Shown here: piece after piece, positions 19,185-28,129 of the stretch
Layout: each line of letters starts with the position of its first letter
How positions within the stretch are numbered: the stretch's first letter is position 1
Origin: Candidatus Shapirobacteria bacterium
Lineage (GTDB): Bacteria > Patescibacteriota > Microgenomatia > UBA12405
Length of the DNA: 64,000 nucleotides
Assembly: GCA_028704635.1 (NCBI GenBank)
Contig: JAQWFB010000005.1
Location: 26,223-90,222, forward strand
Direction of reading: 5' to 3'
Made by a program: the position numbers and the translations under genes
The notes under the pieces: model-generated
The model's input: the letters and a program-made list of their open reading frames with translations, nothing else
Database searches by the model: none
Told to the model about the DNA's origin: nothing

Positions 19185-20252
19185 ATGGTAAACGTGAAAG
19201 AGTTGAGATCGGTCAAAGAAATTCCATTAGCAAATGGAGAGGAGCCGGTTATTTTAAGGCTGGATATGGATGTTCCAAAATCAGACAACAAAAGACTTAA
19301 AAATTCCATTCCAACTCTAGAGTATCTACTCCAAAATGGTTACACCCCCATAGTATTAGGACATAAAAAAAGACCAAAAGGTATCGGTTACGAAGAAGAA
19401 TTCTCTCTTTATCCAGTCTATCTTAGATTTAAGGATATTTTGGAAAAAGAACTTTGTCGGGAAATTAAAAGTACTTTTATAGATGACATAACCGACGAAG
19501 AAAAAATTCAAAAAGCCATTAACGAAAATGAAATCGTTTTCGCCGAAAACATACGTTTCCATAAAAAAGAAAAAAAAGGCGACACTTCTCTTTATTCCGT
19601 CCTACAAAAATTTTGTCAATTCTTCGTTTACGATGCTATTGCTGTTGCTCACAGAGACGAAGCTTCGATTATTCTACACCGGGAAATGGAAACCTTTTAT
19701 GGTTTTAATTTCATGAAAGAATTCGAAGCCATGCAGTCATTAAAAAAACAAAAAGGTCAGTTGGTTATCTTAGGCGGTACAAAAAAAGATAAGTTGGATA
19801 ATTTAGCCAAAATTTCTCAAGAATCATGGAAAGTTTTTATTGGTGGAAAATTATCGATCTTTCGAGAAGAAGTTGAGGAAAAAATTATTCAAGAACTTGG
19901 AGAGATTCCGGATAATATTATTTGGGCAGAATTATCACCAGATGGTTACGATTTAAGTGGTAGTAGTATTACTATCCTTAAAAATTTAATTAAATTAAAA
20001 TTAAAAGTTCCCAAAATTATCATCTGGTGCGGTGCCTTAGGTTGGTTTGAAGAAGGTTATATACATGGAACTAATGAGATTACCAAAGCCATTATCGAAA
20101 GTGATTCTTATGTTGCCATTGGTGGAGGCGATACTGCTGCATCAATAATTGAACTAGGAGGTAAAGACAAAATTGACTTCCTTTGTTCCGCTGGTGGTGC
20201 ATTTTTATTTGCGTTAGCCTTTGGCCCAGAAAACTTACCAGCAGTAGCATAA
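19185..20252 (+). CDS. pgk: Phosphoglycerate kinase (short form, 355 aa)
   Basis: N-terminal ..VILRLDMDVP..IPTLEYLLQNGY..VLGHKKRPKG and C-terminal ..IGGGDTAAS..SAGGAFL.. PGK motifs. Confidence 0.8.
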   Translation: MVNVKELRSVKEIPLANGEEPVILRLDMDVPKSDNKRLKNSIPTLEYLLQNGYTPIVLGHKKRPKGIGYEEEFSLYPVYLRFKDILEKELCREIKSTFIDDITDEEKIQKAINENEIVFAENIRFHKKEKKGDTSLYSVLQKFCQFFVYDAIAVAHRDEASIILHREMETFYGFNFMKEFEAMQSLKKQKGQLVILGGTKKDKLDNLAKISQESWKVFIGGKLSIFREEVEEKIIQELGEIPDNIIWAELSPDGYDLSGSSITILKNLIKLKLKVPKIIIWCGALGWFEEGYIHGTNEITKAIIESDSYVAIGGGDTAASIIELGGKDKIDFLCSAGGAFLFALAFGPENLPAVA

Positions 20253-20283
20253 ATTATTTTAAATTTAGAGTATAATTTTTTTA

Positions 20284-20300
20284 TCAACTAATTTAGTTGA
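20284..20300. promoter_or_regulatory. 17-bp perfect dyad TCAACTA-ATT-TAGTTGA just after pgk; candidate protein-binding site
   Basis: Seen directly; overlaps a TTGACA hexamer at 20297-20302. Confidence 0.3.
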
Positions 20301-20555
20301 CAAGTTCCTTAAATTTAAAAGAAAGTGAGGTTGTTTAAAAATGTTAAAACTTCTGATAGAAGATAATCTTCACACAGATCATTTTAATGATGAAAGGAGA
20401 TGATCCAATATCTACACACATCAAATAATGATGGTGTTAATCAAGAAGGGAAGCGATAAAACAATTTTTAAAACAAACCTCTCTCATTTTTTACCAAAAA
20501 TCAAACTCAAGTTTTAAAAAGCAACTTGAAAGTTGAATATCGGTATTTTTTTATA

Positions 20556-20609
20556 GGGCCTGGCTCAGTTTTTTGCATTATGCAAATATTACTGATCTAG
20601 GCCTTTTTT
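20556..20609 (+). terminator. Structured element E1: stem GGGCCTGGCTCAG/CTGATCTAGGCC around the palindrome TTTGCAT-TA-ATGCAAA, then T6
   Basis: Seen directly; looks like an intrinsic terminator in + orientation ~300 nt beyond the pgk stop. Confidence 0.4.
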
Positions 20610-21053
20610 GTTACTTGTTTTTATTTTAATAATATTTTATTATATAAACATATTCAGCCAGTCTGAAATAGATTTTTTTAAAAGCAAAAAAATCTGCACA
20701 TGTACAATCAGTTCTTTATTTAATTTGAAAGGAGGTATCTATTTGGTGGTAATAATATCGTCAAGTCCTTTCTTTTCAAGCCACATCAACCAAAAAGAAA
20801 TTATTCCTGGTATCCGTGGACCCACTTCATAATTTAATTTTTAGTTGTTAGTATTTTGACAATGGGAGGTGTATTGTTTGAGAGTAGTAATGATTAATAT
20901 CCTTACCATTAAAGCAGCAGGCGGTCTTACCCTGAAATAATTGGAATGCGGCCGGTACCAATACCGAGGAAATTATTAAACAATTAAATTTCATTTACAT
21001 TCTTTTCTTTTCAAAAAAAACATACCAATAAAGAACAAAGTTGTTTCACTACC

Positions 21054-21107
21054 GAGCCTGGCTCAGTTTTTTTTTGCATTTTATGCAAACAAGACTGATT
21101 CAGGCTC
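21054..21107. terminator. Structured element E2, a paralogue of E1: GAGCCTGGCTCAG...TTTGCAT-TTT-ATGCAAA...CTGATTCAGGCTC; possible bidirectional terminator
   Basis: 3' arm overlaps the stop codon of the minus-strand flippase; followed by a T-rich tract on the + strand. Confidence 0.35.
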
Positions 21108-22350
21108 CTTTAATTTTTAAACCCAAAACCATTACTCCTAATATCACCAACTCACTAATTATCAAACTCCAACCAGCCTGAACAAATCCAAACTTTGGAA
21201 TCAAAAAATAATTTATTATCAAATCCACCAACGTCCCAATTAAAACCGACCAAAAAACAATTTTTTGTTTTTTCTCAATCACCAACAAGTTTCCAACAAA
21301 CACCCTAAAATAATTAATTACTCCCGACCAAACTAATAAGCTCATCACTCCAGCCGATATAATAAATGATGGTCCGTAAATTAATTTCATAATTAATTCC
21401 CTTTGCCAAGTTATTAACATTGCTAATGGAATTAATCCTAAAAGCGATAATCCAATCACCAATTTAATTAATTTTTTAACCGTTTCTTTTTTATTTTCAT
21501 GAATTAGAACCGTAATTCTTGGAAAAATAGCATAATTAATTACATTCACACTTTGAAAAGCAAAAAGAATTTTAAAAGCTGTCTGATACCACCCAACTTG
21601 ATCATTACCAAAATATCGGCCAATTAATAAAGTATCATTATTGGCATAAATTATCGTTGCCGCTGTCATTCCAAAAAGAGGCAATGCTTCCTTTATTAAT
21701 TCCTTCCAAAAATCAAAATCAAAAGCCATTTTAATTTTTATTTTTAATAAATTCATTTGCCAAATTCCCAAAATTATAGAGAATATTGTTGTTACCATAT
21801 AACCTAAAACCAAATGAACCGCAGTTCCATGAAAACTAATAATTAATAATGCTGTTATTAAAGTTCCAATATAAAAAACCATTCTATTAAAAAAAACCAT
21901 TTCCATTTTTTCCCAAGCCTGAAAAATTGAAATAAAAACTCCCTGAAAAACTTGAATTAAACTAAAAATTAAAGTTATCCACAACAACTGCATTGAAACC
22001 GGATTACGAATAAATAAAAAGGAAAAAACAAATAATATTCCAATCAAAATTGACAATATTAACTTTAATCCCATTAAATTACTCAAATATTTTTCTGTCA
22101 AATTTTTATGTTTTGCCACTTCACGAGTAGTAATCGTCGTCAATCCGAAATCAGACAAAATCATAAATATGGCAATATAGGCAAAAGACAAATTAAATGA
22201 CCCAAACTCATTAGCTCCCCAATATCTAACCAAACCAACCGTCACCACAAACATCAATATCTTAGAAAAAAACTCAACCGCCCCCAACCAAAAAGTATTC
22301 TTGATTAATAATTGTCTATTCGACAATTCCTCATTATTATTAAAAAGCAT
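21100..22350 (-). CDS. Wzx-like polysaccharide flippase (MOP superfamily)
   Basis: Polytopic membrane protein of typical length; context. Confidence 0.7.
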   Translation of the reverse strand: MLFNNNEELSNRQLLIKNTFWLGAVEFFSKILMFVVTVGLVRYWGANEFGSFNLSFAYIAIFMILSDFGLTTITTREVAKHKNLTEKYLSNLMGLKLILSILIGILFVFSFLFIRNPVSMQLLWITLIFSLIQVFQGVFISIFQAWEKMEMVFFNRMVFYIGTLITALLIISFHGTAVHLVLGYMVTTIFSIILGIWQMNLLKIKIKMAFDFDFWKELIKEALPLFGMTAATIIYANNDTLLIGRYFGNDQVGWYQTAFKILFAFQSVNVINYAIFPRITVLIHENKKETVKKLIKLVIGLSLLGLIPLAMLITWQRELIMKLIYGPSFIISAGVMSLLVWSGVINYFRVFVGNLLVIEKKQKIVFWSVLIGTLVDLIINYFLIPKFGFVQAGWSLIISELVILGVMVLGLKIKGA

Positions 22351-22358
22351 TTTTATTT

Positions 22359-23336
22359 TTAATCAGATTTATTCAATTGTTTGTGCCAATTCCAAGCGCT
22401 TGAAATTATAGTTTTTAAATCAAAATATTTCGGTTCCCATTTTAAAATTTCTCTGGCTTTTTTAGAATCAGCAATTAACTCCGGAGGATCACCAGCTCGA
22501 CGCTCAACTTCTGTTACTTTAAAATCAACTCCTGTTACTTTTTTAGCCACTTCAATAACTTGTTTAACAGAAAAACCACTTCCATTTCCTAAATTAAAAC
22601 AATCACTTTCACCACCATCCATTAATTTTTTTAAAGCCAAAATATGAGCTTGGGCTAAATCATTCACATGAACATAATCACGAATACATGTTCCATCAAC
22701 AGTTGGATAATCTGTTCCAAAAATTTTTATATCTTCTCTTTTTCCCAATGCTGCATCTAAAATTAATGGAATCAAATGAGATTCTGGGTTATGATTTTCA
22801 CCAATTTCACCATCAAGATCTGCTCCACAAGCATTAAAATATCTCAAAGCCACATATTTCAACCCATAAGCTAAATCATAATCAGCTAAAATTTTTTCTA
22901 CCATTAATTTAGCCTGCCCATAGGGATTAATTGGCATTTGCGGATGTTTCTCGTCAATTGGAACATATTGCGGATTACCAAAAGTTGCCGCCGTTGAAGA
23001 AAAAATTATTTTCTTAACATCATTTTCCAGCATCACTTGAAACAAATTTAATGTATTTTTCACATTATTTTGATAATACTTTTGTGGATCTTTTACCGAT
23101 TCTCCTACCTCAATAAAAGCTGCAAAATGTAAGACTGCTTCAATTGGATATTTTTTAAATATTCCTCTAATATCCTCAATATTTCCTAAATCACCTTGAA
23201 AAAAATCTCCCCATTTCACCGCTTCTTTATGCCCTTTAACCAAACTATCAAAGATAACCGTCTTATAACCCTGCTTATTTAATTCTTTATTAATATGGGA
23301 TCCAATATATCCCGCTCCGCCTACAATTAAAATCAT
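22359..23336 (-). CDS. galE: UDP-glucose 4-epimerase
   Basis: MILIVGGAGYIGSH.. NAD fold, YxxxK (..YGQAKL..), extended SDR length ~325 aa. Confidence 0.85.
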   Translation of the reverse strand: MILIVGGAGYIGSHINKELNKQGYKTVIFDSLVKGHKEAVKWGDFFQGDLGNIEDIRGIFKKYPIEAVLHFAAFIEVGESVKDPQKYYQNNVKNTLNLFQVMLENDVKKIIFSSTAATFGNPQYVPIDEKHPQMPINPYGQAKLMVEKILADYDLAYGLKYVALRYFNACGADLDGEIGENHNPESHLIPLILDAALGKREDIKIFGTDYPTVDGTCIRDYVHVNDLAQAHILALKKLMDGGESDCFNLGNGSGFSVKQVIEVAKKVTGVDFKVTEVERRAGDPPELIADSKKAREILKWEPKYFDLKTIISSAWNWHKQLNKSD

Positions 23337-23367
23337 AAATTTTTTAATTTTTAACTAATAAATTCTA

Positions 23368-24324
23368 TCATTTTTTTATCTTTCTCCTAGTTTCTTCATC
23401 AAAAAACAACAGAACACCACCAAACAAAGAATTAACCACTCCCAAAATTCCCAAAAAAGCTGACATTAATAAAATACTTTCATTTGAACTGCCAAATTGA
23501 GAAAAGAAAAATAAATATAATTGCTCTCTTGCACCAAACCCTCCAATTGAAATTGGTAAAATTAAAATCATTGAAATAATAGGGACAAAAACAAAAACTG
23601 CAAAAAGACTTAAATTGACACCAAATTGCCACGCCACAAACCAAATCTGTAAAATATAAGATAATTCACTTAAAACTGACACTAAAAGACATTTGATAAT
23701 TTGGATCCTATTTTTATCTCTAAATAATTCAAAGGCATCATCCAACTTATGTAATAAAGTAAAATTAGGTAATATTCTAGACGCATCAAAAAAATAAATA
23801 ATAGAATAAATAACAAAACAAACCAAACAACCAATAATTAATGAATAAAAAACTGTTTCCGGAATAACCAATCCACTACTTCTACCAATAATTGCCGATA
23901 TTAATCCCAAAATCATAAAAATCGAAAATCCTATAAATCTGTCCAATATTACTGATCCTAATATTTTTGTTTTTGTAATTTTTGGATATTCACTATCAAT
24001 TACAATCCATTTTGCCACTTCACCAACCACTGCCGTTGAAAAAAATAAAGAATAAAAAGTAGCTAAAAAATTAGCCCGAGTAAAAGTTAAAATCTTTTTA
24101 ATACTAATTTTAGGAAATAATAATAAGCTCCATCTAATAGAAATTAAAACCAATATTAAAAAACTAAAAATTATGTTTACTAAAACAAACCAAAATGGAA
24201 CATTTTTTATTTCTCGAAATAATTCAACCACATTTACTTTTTTAAAAGCAAAATAAATTAAAACTACCGAAAAAGTCAATCTAAACAATCTCGACTTAAA
24301 AATTTTTTTAAAGATTTCCAACAT
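23368..24324 (-). CDS. Polytopic membrane protein, UPF0104/LPG-synthase-TM-like flippase-like domain
   Basis: About 8 TM segments; N-terminal basic stretch then helix pattern typical of this family; low certainty. Confidence 0.45.
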   Translation of the reverse strand: MLEIFKKIFKSRLFRLTFSVVLIYFAFKKVNVVELFREIKNVPFWFVLVNIIFSFLILVLISIRWSLLLFPKISIKKILTFTRANFLATFYSLFFSTAVVGEVAKWIVIDSEYPKITKTKILGSVILDRFIGFSIFMILGLISAIIGRSSGLVIPETVFYSLIIGCLVCFVIYSIIYFFDASRILPNFTLLHKLDDAFELFRDKNRIQIIKCLLVSVLSELSYILQIWFVAWQFGVNLSLFAVFVFVPIISMILILPISIGGFGAREQLYLFFFSQFGSSNESILLMSAFLGILGVVNSLFGGVLLFFDEETRRKIKK

Positions 24325-24367
24325 AAACTAACTATTAGAATAACACGAAGTATAATTATACTAATTC

Positions 24368-25555
24368 ATGAAAATTTTATTAATAAGTCATATTTTCCCT
24401 CCCGCTGTCGATGGTGGTTCAAAAGTTATTTATAAACTTGGTCAATATTTCGAATCTCAAAATAATCAAACTCTTTATTTAAGTTCAAATTGCTCTAGCA
24501 CCGACGACTTCATCAAATCTAAATACAAAAAAATATCTACAATCCACAATCTAACATCTACGATTTATCTTCCCGTTTATCACCATCTTCGCCGTCCTCT
24601 AAAATTTCTAAATTTATTTTTAAATCAAAACCTATTAAAAATTTTTCAAAAAGGCCCAATTTTTAAAAGCATCCCATTTTTAAAAGCAATTTATCAAATT
24701 TTAAAATTCAAACCAGATTTAATCATCGCCGGCCCGCTTCCCACCACTATTGTTTTATATGCCAGTTTTTTAAAAAAAATAACCAATTCTAAACTTCTAA
24801 TCAATGCTTCTTTTCATCCCACTGATAATGATTTTCAACAAAAAACTCTAATTAACGCCTTAAAAAAGGCAGATTATTTATGGACTCTTACTCAATCAGA
24901 AACCGATTATTTTACAAAAAAATTTAATATTGATCCTCAAAAAATAATTCTCGCTGGCAACGGCGTCGATGAGAATTTTCTCACTACTCAAAAATCTACG
25001 ACCTACGACCTACGACCTAACATCTTGTTCATCGGTTCTCTCTCCACCCATAAACGCGTCGATCTTTTAATAAAATCATTCTCTACTATCTATAATCTAC
25101 AATCTAATCTCTCTCTAACTATCGCTGGTCAAAAAACTCTTTTCTATCCTCAAATCGAAAAACTAATCAATTCCCTTGACCCAAAAATAAAATCTAAAAT
25201 CAATTTTATTTTTAATTTTGATCAAAAAGATTTGGCTAAAATAATTGATAACTGCTCTGTTCTAGTTTTACCTTCCATCCAGGAAAGTTTTGGTTTAGTT
25301 GTCATCGAAGCCTGGGCTCGGCAAAAACCAGTAATTTGTGCCAATATTCCAGCCTTAAAAGAATTAGTTGAAAAATCAAATGGGGGATTATTATTCCAAG
25401 TTGATGATCAAAACGACCTAACTCAAAAAATTAAATTTATTTTGGATAATCCAAAAAAAGCAGAGCATTTGGGAAAAAGTGGTTACAATTATGTTAAAAA
25501 TAATTATACTTGGAATAAAGTAGGAAATAAAATATGCCAAAAAATATTATGCTAA
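24368..25555 (+). CDS. Glycosyltransferase family 4 (GT-B, GT1 clan)
   Basis: C-terminal ..ESFGLVVIEAWARQKPVICANIPALKELVE.. donor-binding E-x7-E region. Confidence 0.8.
   Translation: MKILLISHIFPPAVDGGSKVIYKLGQYFESQNNQTLYLSSNCSSTDDFIKSKYKKISTIHNLTSTIYLPVYHHLRRPLKFLNLFLNQNLLKIFQKGPIFKSIPFLKAIYQILKFKPDLIIAGPLPTTIVLYASFLKKITNSKLLINASFHPTDNDFQQKTLINALKKADYLWTLTQSETDYFTKKFNIDPQKIILAGNGVDENFLTTQKSTTYDLRPNILFIGSLSTHKRVDLLIKSFSTIYNLQSNLSLTIAGQKTLFYPQIEKLINSLDPKIKSKINFIFNFDQKDLAKIIDNCSVLVLPSIQESFGLVVIEAWARQKPVICANIPALKELVEKSNGGLLFQVDDQNDLTQKIKFILDNPKKAEHLGKSGYNYVKNNYTWNKVGNKICQKILC
24996..25019. repeat. Heptanucleotide tandem repeat (CTACGAC)x3.4 inside GT4 ORF
   Basis: Seen directly; GC-rich island in AT-rich coding DNA; encodes ..KSTTYDLRPN.. 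Confidence 0.8.
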
Positions 25556-25992
25556 TAATTACTCCTGTTTTAATAATAATTGCTGGAATTTTAATTTGGC
25601 GATTATTTTTTTATTTACCACCAGCCAATTCAGTCAAAATTAAAATCGGTAATACTAACTACAATATCGAATTAGCCACAACAATCGCTCAAAAAACAAA
25701 AGGGTTATCCGGACGAAATACTCTCTGTAAAAATTGCGGCATGCTTTTTACTTTTGGTTTCGAAACCAATTTGCCTTTTTGGATGAAAGATACTCTTATT
25801 CCCCTCGATATGATCTGGCTCGATAAAAACGGAAAAATCGTTGATATTCAAACCGCTACTGAAATTAATTCTACTAAAATTTACCAAAACCAATTACCAG
25901 CTCAATTTGTCATCGAATTAAATGTCAATGATTCACAAAAAATAAATCTAAAAATAGGTGATATTATTGATCTGTCAAAAATAAATGATTAA
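25534..25992 (+). CDS. DUF192-family protein with an N-terminal TM anchor
   Basis: ..LSGRNTLCKNCGMLF..LPFWMKDTLIPLDMIWLDKNGKIVDI.. matches the DUF192/COG1430 pattern. Confidence 0.5.
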   Translation: MPKNIMLIITPVLIIIAGILIWRLFFYLPPANSVKIKIGNTNYNIELATTIAQKTKGLSGRNTLCKNCGMLFTFGFETNLPFWMKDTLIPLDMIWLDKNGKIVDIQTATEINSTKIYQNQLPAQFVIELNVNDSQKINLKIGDIIDLSKIND

Positions 25993-26965
25993 TTTTTCTA
26001 TCATCATTCCGAACTATAATGGTGCTTCCTTCTTGAAGGACTGTCTTAATTCCCTAAAACAAGCCATAAATAATTGTCCTGGTTCTGAATTCGAAATAAT
26101 TCTAGTCGACAACAACTCAAAAGATAATAGTCTTGAAATTTTTGAAACCATAATTCCAAAAAATTTTAACTATCGAATATTATTAAACTCAAAAAATTAC
26201 GGATTCGCCGGTGCTGTTAACCAAGGAATTGAAAAAGCCAAACATAAATATGTCGTCTTACTAAATAATGACCTCACCATGGAACCAAAGTGGTTTCAGT
26301 TAATTTCTAAAACCATTAAAGAAAATAAAAATCCAAAAATCGTCACATTTTTTGGCACCGTCCTTACCAAAGATGGAACCAAATTTGAATCCCAAGGTCT
26401 AAAATTTTTCTATTCCGGCAAATGCCAAAATATTTCCAATGGAAAAAAATTTAATAAATCTACGACCTACGACCTACCGTCTACCCAACTAGCCTGGGGT
26501 GCGTCTGCTGCTTTTGTTGTCTACAATAAAAAAATGTTAAAACAAATTGGTCTTTTTGATGAAAATTTTTTCGCCTACGAAGAAGATGTTGATTTAGCTC
26601 TTCGTCTTCATAACTTAAATTATCAAACCCTTTATATTCCTCAAGCTATTTCTTATCACCTCGGTGGTGGCACTAGTAATAAAATGGGTATTTTTAGGTA
26701 TAAAATGGATGCCAAAAATTGGATTTATATTATCATCAAAAATTTTTCCAAAAAAGAAATAATTAAAAATTTTCCTCAAATCATCGAAGAACGTCTTAGA
26801 AATTTATCCGGACTAATAAAACAAATTATTCGTCTTTATAAAATAAAATCAATTTATTTTTTGCCTTTGATTTTATTTTCCACCTACGGAGAAGTTCTTG
26901 TAAATCTTCCAAAAATGTTTAAAAAACGAAAAATAATTCAAAAACTTGATAAACTAACTCAATGA
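25985..26965 (+). CDS. Glycosyltransferase family 2 (GT-A)
   Basis: N-terminal FSIIIPNYNGASFLKDCLNSL.. and DxD-type motifs. Confidence 0.8.
   Translation: MINFSIIIPNYNGASFLKDCLNSLKQAINNCPGSEFEIILVDNNSKDNSLEIFETIIPKNFNYRILLNSKNYGFAGAVNQGIEKAKHKYVVLLNNDLTMEPKWFQLISKTIKENKNPKIVTFFGTVLTKDGTKFESQGLKFFYSGKCQNISNGKKFNKSTTYDLPSTQLAWGASAAFVVYNKKMLKQIGLFDENFFAYEEDVDLALRLHNLNYQTLYIPQAISYHLGGGTSNKMGIFRYKMDAKNWIYIIIKNFSKKEIIKNFPQIIEERLRNLSGLIKQIIRLYKIKSIYFLPLILFSTYGEVLVNLPKMFKKRKIIQKLDKLTQ
26460..26487. repeat. Heptamer array CTACGAC-CTACGAC-CTACCGT-CTACCCA inside GT2 ORF, with the same AAAT 5' flank as at 24996
   Basis: 22 nt identical to the 24991-25016 copy (AAATCTACGACCTACGACCTAC). Confidence 0.75.
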
Positions 26966-28104
26966 TTATTGGCATTGACATCTCATCTGTTCCTTATAAA
27001 ACTGGCGTAAGTAATTACACTCTCAACCTCATCAGAAATTTAGTTAAACTCGACAAGATCAATACATATAAACTTTTTTATTCGTCTCTTCGGCTTCCAC
27101 TTCCAAATGAAATAATTGAAATAAAAAAAACTCACTCCAATATTAAAATCTATCAATTCAAACTACCACCAACTTTTCTACAAATTCTATGGAATCAACT
27201 TCATCTTTTTCCAATTGAGATTTTTATTGGTAAATGCGACATTTTTCACACATCAGACTGGACTCAACCACCAACCATAAAAACTAAAACAATTACTACT
27301 GTTCATGATCTTACTCCCTTCCTGCATCCTGAATGGCATCATTCCAAAGTCATTGCCGCTCATAAAAATAAAATGAACTTAGCCGCAAAAAAATGTTTTA
27401 AATTCATTTGCGTCTCCCAAAGCACTAAAAATGATTTATTAAAGATTTTCCCTAAAATTAATCCACAAAAAATAGATGTTGTTTACGAAGCCGCCGAAGA
27501 TAAATATGGAAAATTTTTAAAATTATCTAAAGAAATAAAACAGAAGAAAAAGGAAACCATTAAAAAGCAATACGATTTAGATAAATTTATTCTAGCTCAA
27601 GGTACACGCGAACCACGAAAAAATCTTAAAAGATTAATCGATGCTTTTGTCATTTTTAAAAAAAATAATCCTAAGTGTCGAGTTGATCTAGCCATTGCCG
27701 GTAAATATGGTTGGGGAGAAGATGTTGATGGTGCTAAAAATCCATCTGTTAAAATCCTTGGATTTATCCCAGAAAAAGATATGGTCGCTCTTCATGCCAG
27801 TGCTATTTGTTTAGCTTATCCATCCCTTTATGAAGGTTTTGGTTTACCGTTAGTCAAATCTCTTAAAGTTGGAACTCCAATCATTACTAGTAATGTTTCC
27901 TCCATGCCAGAAGTCGGTGGTAATGCTGCCCTTTACGTCAATCCAAATTCTATACCAGATTTAACCAAAGCCATTACTAAAATAATTAAATCATCCGCTC
28001 TTAGAAAAAAGCTAATTGAAAATGGTCTAATCCAAGCCAAAAAATTTGATTGGTCAAAAACTGCCGAACAAACTTTATCCATTTACAAATCCATATCTAA
28101 TTAA
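26962..28104 (+). CDS. Glycosyltransferase family 4
   Basis: C-terminal ..EGFGLPLVKSLKVGTPIITSNVSSMPEV.. motif. Confidence 0.8.
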   Translation: MIIGIDISSVPYKTGVSNYTLNLIRNLVKLDKINTYKLFYSSLRLPLPNEIIEIKKTHSNIKIYQFKLPPTFLQILWNQLHLFPIEIFIGKCDIFHTSDWTQPPTIKTKTITTVHDLTPFLHPEWHHSKVIAAHKNKMNLAAKKCFKFICVSQSTKNDLLKIFPKINPQKIDVVYEAAEDKYGKFLKLSKEIKQKKKETIKKQYDLDKFILAQGTREPRKNLKRLIDAFVIFKKNNPKCRVDLAIAGKYGWGEDVDGAKNPSVKILGFIPEKDMVALHASAICLAYPSLYEGFGLPLVKSLKVGTPIITSNVSSMPEVGGNAALYVNPNSIPDLTKAITKIIKSSALRKKLIENGLIQAKKFDWSKTAEQTLSIYKSISN

Positions 28105-28129
28105 CAATTTATTATTGTTATAATCAAAT

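Noticed and set aside
20559-20568. CCTGGCTCAG matches the 3' half of the universal 16S rRNA 27F primer site (AGAGTTTGATCMTGGCTCAG); the same 10-mer recurs at 21057
   Set aside because: No rRNA-like sequence follows; the downstream 16S continuation (GATGAACGCTGGCGGC) is absent and the upstream GAGTTTGAT is missing. In both copies the 10-mer forms the 5' arm of a hairpin. It is a coincidental match, not an rRNA gene.
20608-20832. 74-aa ORF in the convergent spacer
   Set aside because: It starts inside the E1 terminator-like hairpin. Its composition is low-complexity and hydrophobic, typical of AT-rich noncoding DNA. Only its last ~29 codons have an SD (noted in the spacer finding). Not called as a gene.
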